From Leucoraja ocellata (taxonomy: Eukaryota): a stretch of DNA of 64,000 bases. Location: assembly GCA_036785375.1 (NCBI GenBank), contig JAWMAR010000024.1, forward strand, positions 930,001 through 994,000, in the 5' to 3' direction. The translations under genes and the position numbers were made by a program. This document shows, piece by piece, positions 60,870-64,000 of the stretch (within the stretch, counting starts at the first letter, position 1; each line of letters begins with the position of its first letter). The notes beneath the pieces were generated by a model that saw nothing but the letters and a program-made list of their open reading frames with translations, made no database searches and was not told the origin of the DNA.

Positions 60870-63836
60870 GATCATGGCGAGGGACTCAAATAGAGAAAGC
60901 TAGCAGACAGAATGGGAGGCAGGAAGCAGAAAAGGGAAGCACTCGGACACGAGGAGAAAGAAAAAAAAGGAAATAAACAGAAGAAGAGACGGGGGGTTTC
61001 TTAAATGTGCATATTTTAATGCTAGGAAAGGTGGATGAGCTTAGAGTCTGGATAGACACCTGGAAGTATGATGTTGTGGCGATCAGTGAAACATGGTTGC
61101 AGGAGGGCTGTGATTGGAAACTAAATATTCCAGGATTTCGTTGCTTCGGGTGTGATAGAATTGGAGGGGCAAGAGGTGGAGGTGTTGCATTGCTAGTCAG
61201 GGAAGATATTCCAGCAGTGCTTTGGCAGGATAGATTGGAGGGCTCATCTAGGGAGGCTATTTGGGTGGAACTGAGAAGTGGGAAAGGTGTAGCAACACTT
61301 ATGGCGGTGTATTATAGACCACCGAGTGGGGAACGAGAATTGGAAGAGCAAATATGTAAGGAGATAGCAGATATTAGTAGTAAGCACAAGGTGGTGATTG
61401 TGGGAGATTTCAACTTTCCACACATAGACTGGGAAACACATTCTGTAAATGGGCTGGATGGTTTGGAGTTTGTAAAATGTGTGCAGGATAGTTTTTTGCA
61501 GCAATACATAGAGGTACCTACTAGAGGAGGGGCAGTGCTGGACCTCCTGTTAGGAAATGAGACGGGACAGGTGGCGGAGGTATGCGTTGGGGAGCACTTC
61601 GGGTCCAGTGATCACAATGCCATTAGTTTCAATATAATTATGGAGAAGGTCAGAACTGGACCTACGGTTGAGATTTTTGGTTGGAGAAAGGCTAACTTTG
61701 ATGAGATGCGAGATGATTTAAAAGGAGTGAACTGGGACATTTTGTTTTATGGGAAAGATGTAGAAGAGAAATGGAGGACATTTAATGGGGAAATTTTAAG
61801 AGTACAGAATCTTTATGTTCCTGTTCGGTTGAAAGGAAACAGTAAAAATTGGAAAGAGCCCTGGTTTTCAAGGGAAATTGGACATCTTGTTCGGAAAAAG
61901 AGGGAGATCTACAATAATTATAGGCAGCATGAAGTAAATGAGGTGCTTGAGGAGTATAAGGAATGTAAAAAGAATCTTAAGAAAGAAATTAGAAAAGCTA
62001 AAAGAAGATATGAGGTTGCTTTGGCAAGTAAGGTGAAAGTAAATCCAAAGGGTTTCTACAGCTATATTAATAGCAAAAGGATAACAAGGGATAAAATTGG
62101 TCCATTGGAGAGACAGAGTGGGAAGCTATCTGCAGAGCCAAAAGAGATGGGGGAGATATTGAACAATTTATTTTCTTCGGTATTCACCAAGGAGAAGGAT
62201 ATTAAATTATGTGAGGTAAGGGAAACGAGTAGAGTAGCTATGGATACTATGAGTTTCAAAGTAAAAGAAGTACTGACACTTTCGAAAAATATAAAAGTGG
62301 ATAAGTCTCCAGGTCCTGACAGGATATTCCCTAGGACATTGTGGGAAGTTAGTGTAGATATAGCCGGGGCTATGACAGAAATATTTCAAATGTCATTAGA
62401 AACGGGAATAGTCCCCGAGGATTGGCGTACTGCGCATGTTGTTCCATTGTTTAAAACCGGTTCTAAGAGTAAACCTAGCAATTATAGACCTGTTAGTTTG
62501 ACTTCAGTGGTGGGCAAATTAATGGAAAAGATACTTAGAGATAATATATATAAGCATCTGGATAAACGGGGTCTGATTAGGAACAGTCAACATGGGTTTG
62601 TGCCTGGAAGGTCATGTTTGACTACTCTTCTTGAATTTTTTGAAGAGGTTACTAGGGAAATTGACGACGGTAAAGCAGTGGATGTTGTCTATATGGACTT
62701 TAGTAAGGCCTTTGACAAGATTCCTCATGGAAGGTTGGTTAAGAAGGTTAAACTGTTGGGTATAAATGCCGGAATAGCAAGATGGATTCAACAGTGGCTG
62801 GCTGTTTGTCGGGTTGGAGGCAGGTGACTAGTGGGGTGCCTCAGGGATCTGTGTTGGGTCCTTTGTTGTTTGTCATGTACATCAATGATCTGGATGAAGG
62901 GGTGGTAAATTGGATTAGTAAGTATGCAGATGATACCAAGATAGGGGGTGTTGTGGATAATGAAGAGGATTTCCAAAGTCTACAGAGTGATTTAGGTCAT
63001 TTGGAAAAGTGGGCTGAAAGATGGCAGATGGAGTTTAATGCTGATAAATGTGAGGTGCTACACCTTGGCAGGACAAATCAAAATAGGATGTACATGGTAA
63101 ATGGTAGGGAATTGAAGAATACAGTTGAACAGAAGGAACTGGGAATAACCGTGCATAGTTCCTTGAAGGTAGAATCTCATATAGATAGGGTGGTAACGAA
63201 AGCTTTTGGTATGCTAGCCTTTATAAATCAGAGCATTGCGTATAGAAGCTGGGATGTAATGTTAAAATTGTACAAGGCATTGATGAGACCAAATCTGGAG
63301 TATGGTGTACAATTTTGGTCGCCCAATTATAGGAAGGATGTCAACAAAATAGAGAGTACAGAGGAGATTTACTAGAATGTTGCTTGGGTTTCAACAACTA
63401 AGTTACAGAGATAGGTTGAATAAGTTAGGTCTTTATTCTGTGGAGCGCAGAAGGTTAAGGGGGGACTTGACAGAGGTCTTTAAAATGATGAGAGGGATAG
63501 ACAGAGTTGATGTGGACAAGCTTTTCCCTTTGAGAATAGGGAAGATTCAAACAAGAGGACATGACTTCAGAATTAAGGGACAGAAGTTTAGGGGTAACAT
63601 GAGGGGGAACTTCTTTACTCAGAGAGTGGTAGTGGTATGGAATGAGCTTCCAGTGGAAGTGGTGGCGGCAGGTTCGTTGGTATCATTTAAAAATAAATTG
63701 GATAGGCATATGGATGAGAAGGGAATGGAGGGTTATGGTATGAGTGCAGGCAGGTGGGACTAAGGGAAAAAAGTTGTTCGGCATGGACTTGTAGGGCCGA
63801 GATGGCCTGTTTCCGTGCTGTAATTGTTATATGGTT
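60870..63836 (+). mobile_element. Young CR1 LINE with nearly complete ORF2 (APE endonuclease + RT), broken by frameshifts
   Basis: ORFs 61007-62827, 62782-63375, 63377-63763: ISETWL, YYRPP, GDFNFP, SDH, NYRPVSLTS, DFSKAFD, GVPQGSVLGP, YADD; 3' tail ggcctgtttccgtgctgt. Confidence 0.96.
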
Positions 63837-64000
63837 AAATTGTAAAGCTTTTTAATGTATTTGAGCTTTTAAGTGTATATTGTGAGTCTCAAATTATGCT
63901 GTCTTTTGGTTACTCCATTTATTTCACGAACTTCCAGCTGTAAATACAATTCTGTGTACTAAATGATGTACTAGTGCATATACGTCTCCTCATTTTTTAA

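Overview
Vertebrate genomic DNA, most likely from a cartilaginous fish (skate/ray; inferred from the repeat content of CR1/HER1-type LINEs, HE1-like SINEs and Penelope termini). The window matches the vertebrate MIR129-2/HSD17B12 gene order. A miR-129 hairpin (13425-13515, +) lies in a CpG-rich non-coding host region carrying CRE, MEF2, EGR and NPAS4-like motifs. It is followed by the promoter and first six coding exons of hsd17b12 (27792-59556, +), which continues past the window end. Introns are packed with nested mobile elements: CR1, L2/Rex-type and RTE LINE fragments, a BEL/Pao LTR element, a Tc1 transposon, two non-autonomous TIR elements and tRNA-SINEs. The two most striking signals are candidate self-cleaving ribozymes in short retroelements. 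(1) Two copies of a ~135-nt TSD-flanked SINE-like element (36820-36955 and 47515-47645, both minus) whose first 54 nt fold into a minimal HDV-like ribozyme starting exactly at the insertion junction. (2) About ten Penelope-derived, mostly palindromic elements with minimal hammerhead cores whose stem II varies between subfamilies while keeping its pairing. Boundaries of degraded repeats are approximate; family names come from motif recognition, not database searches.
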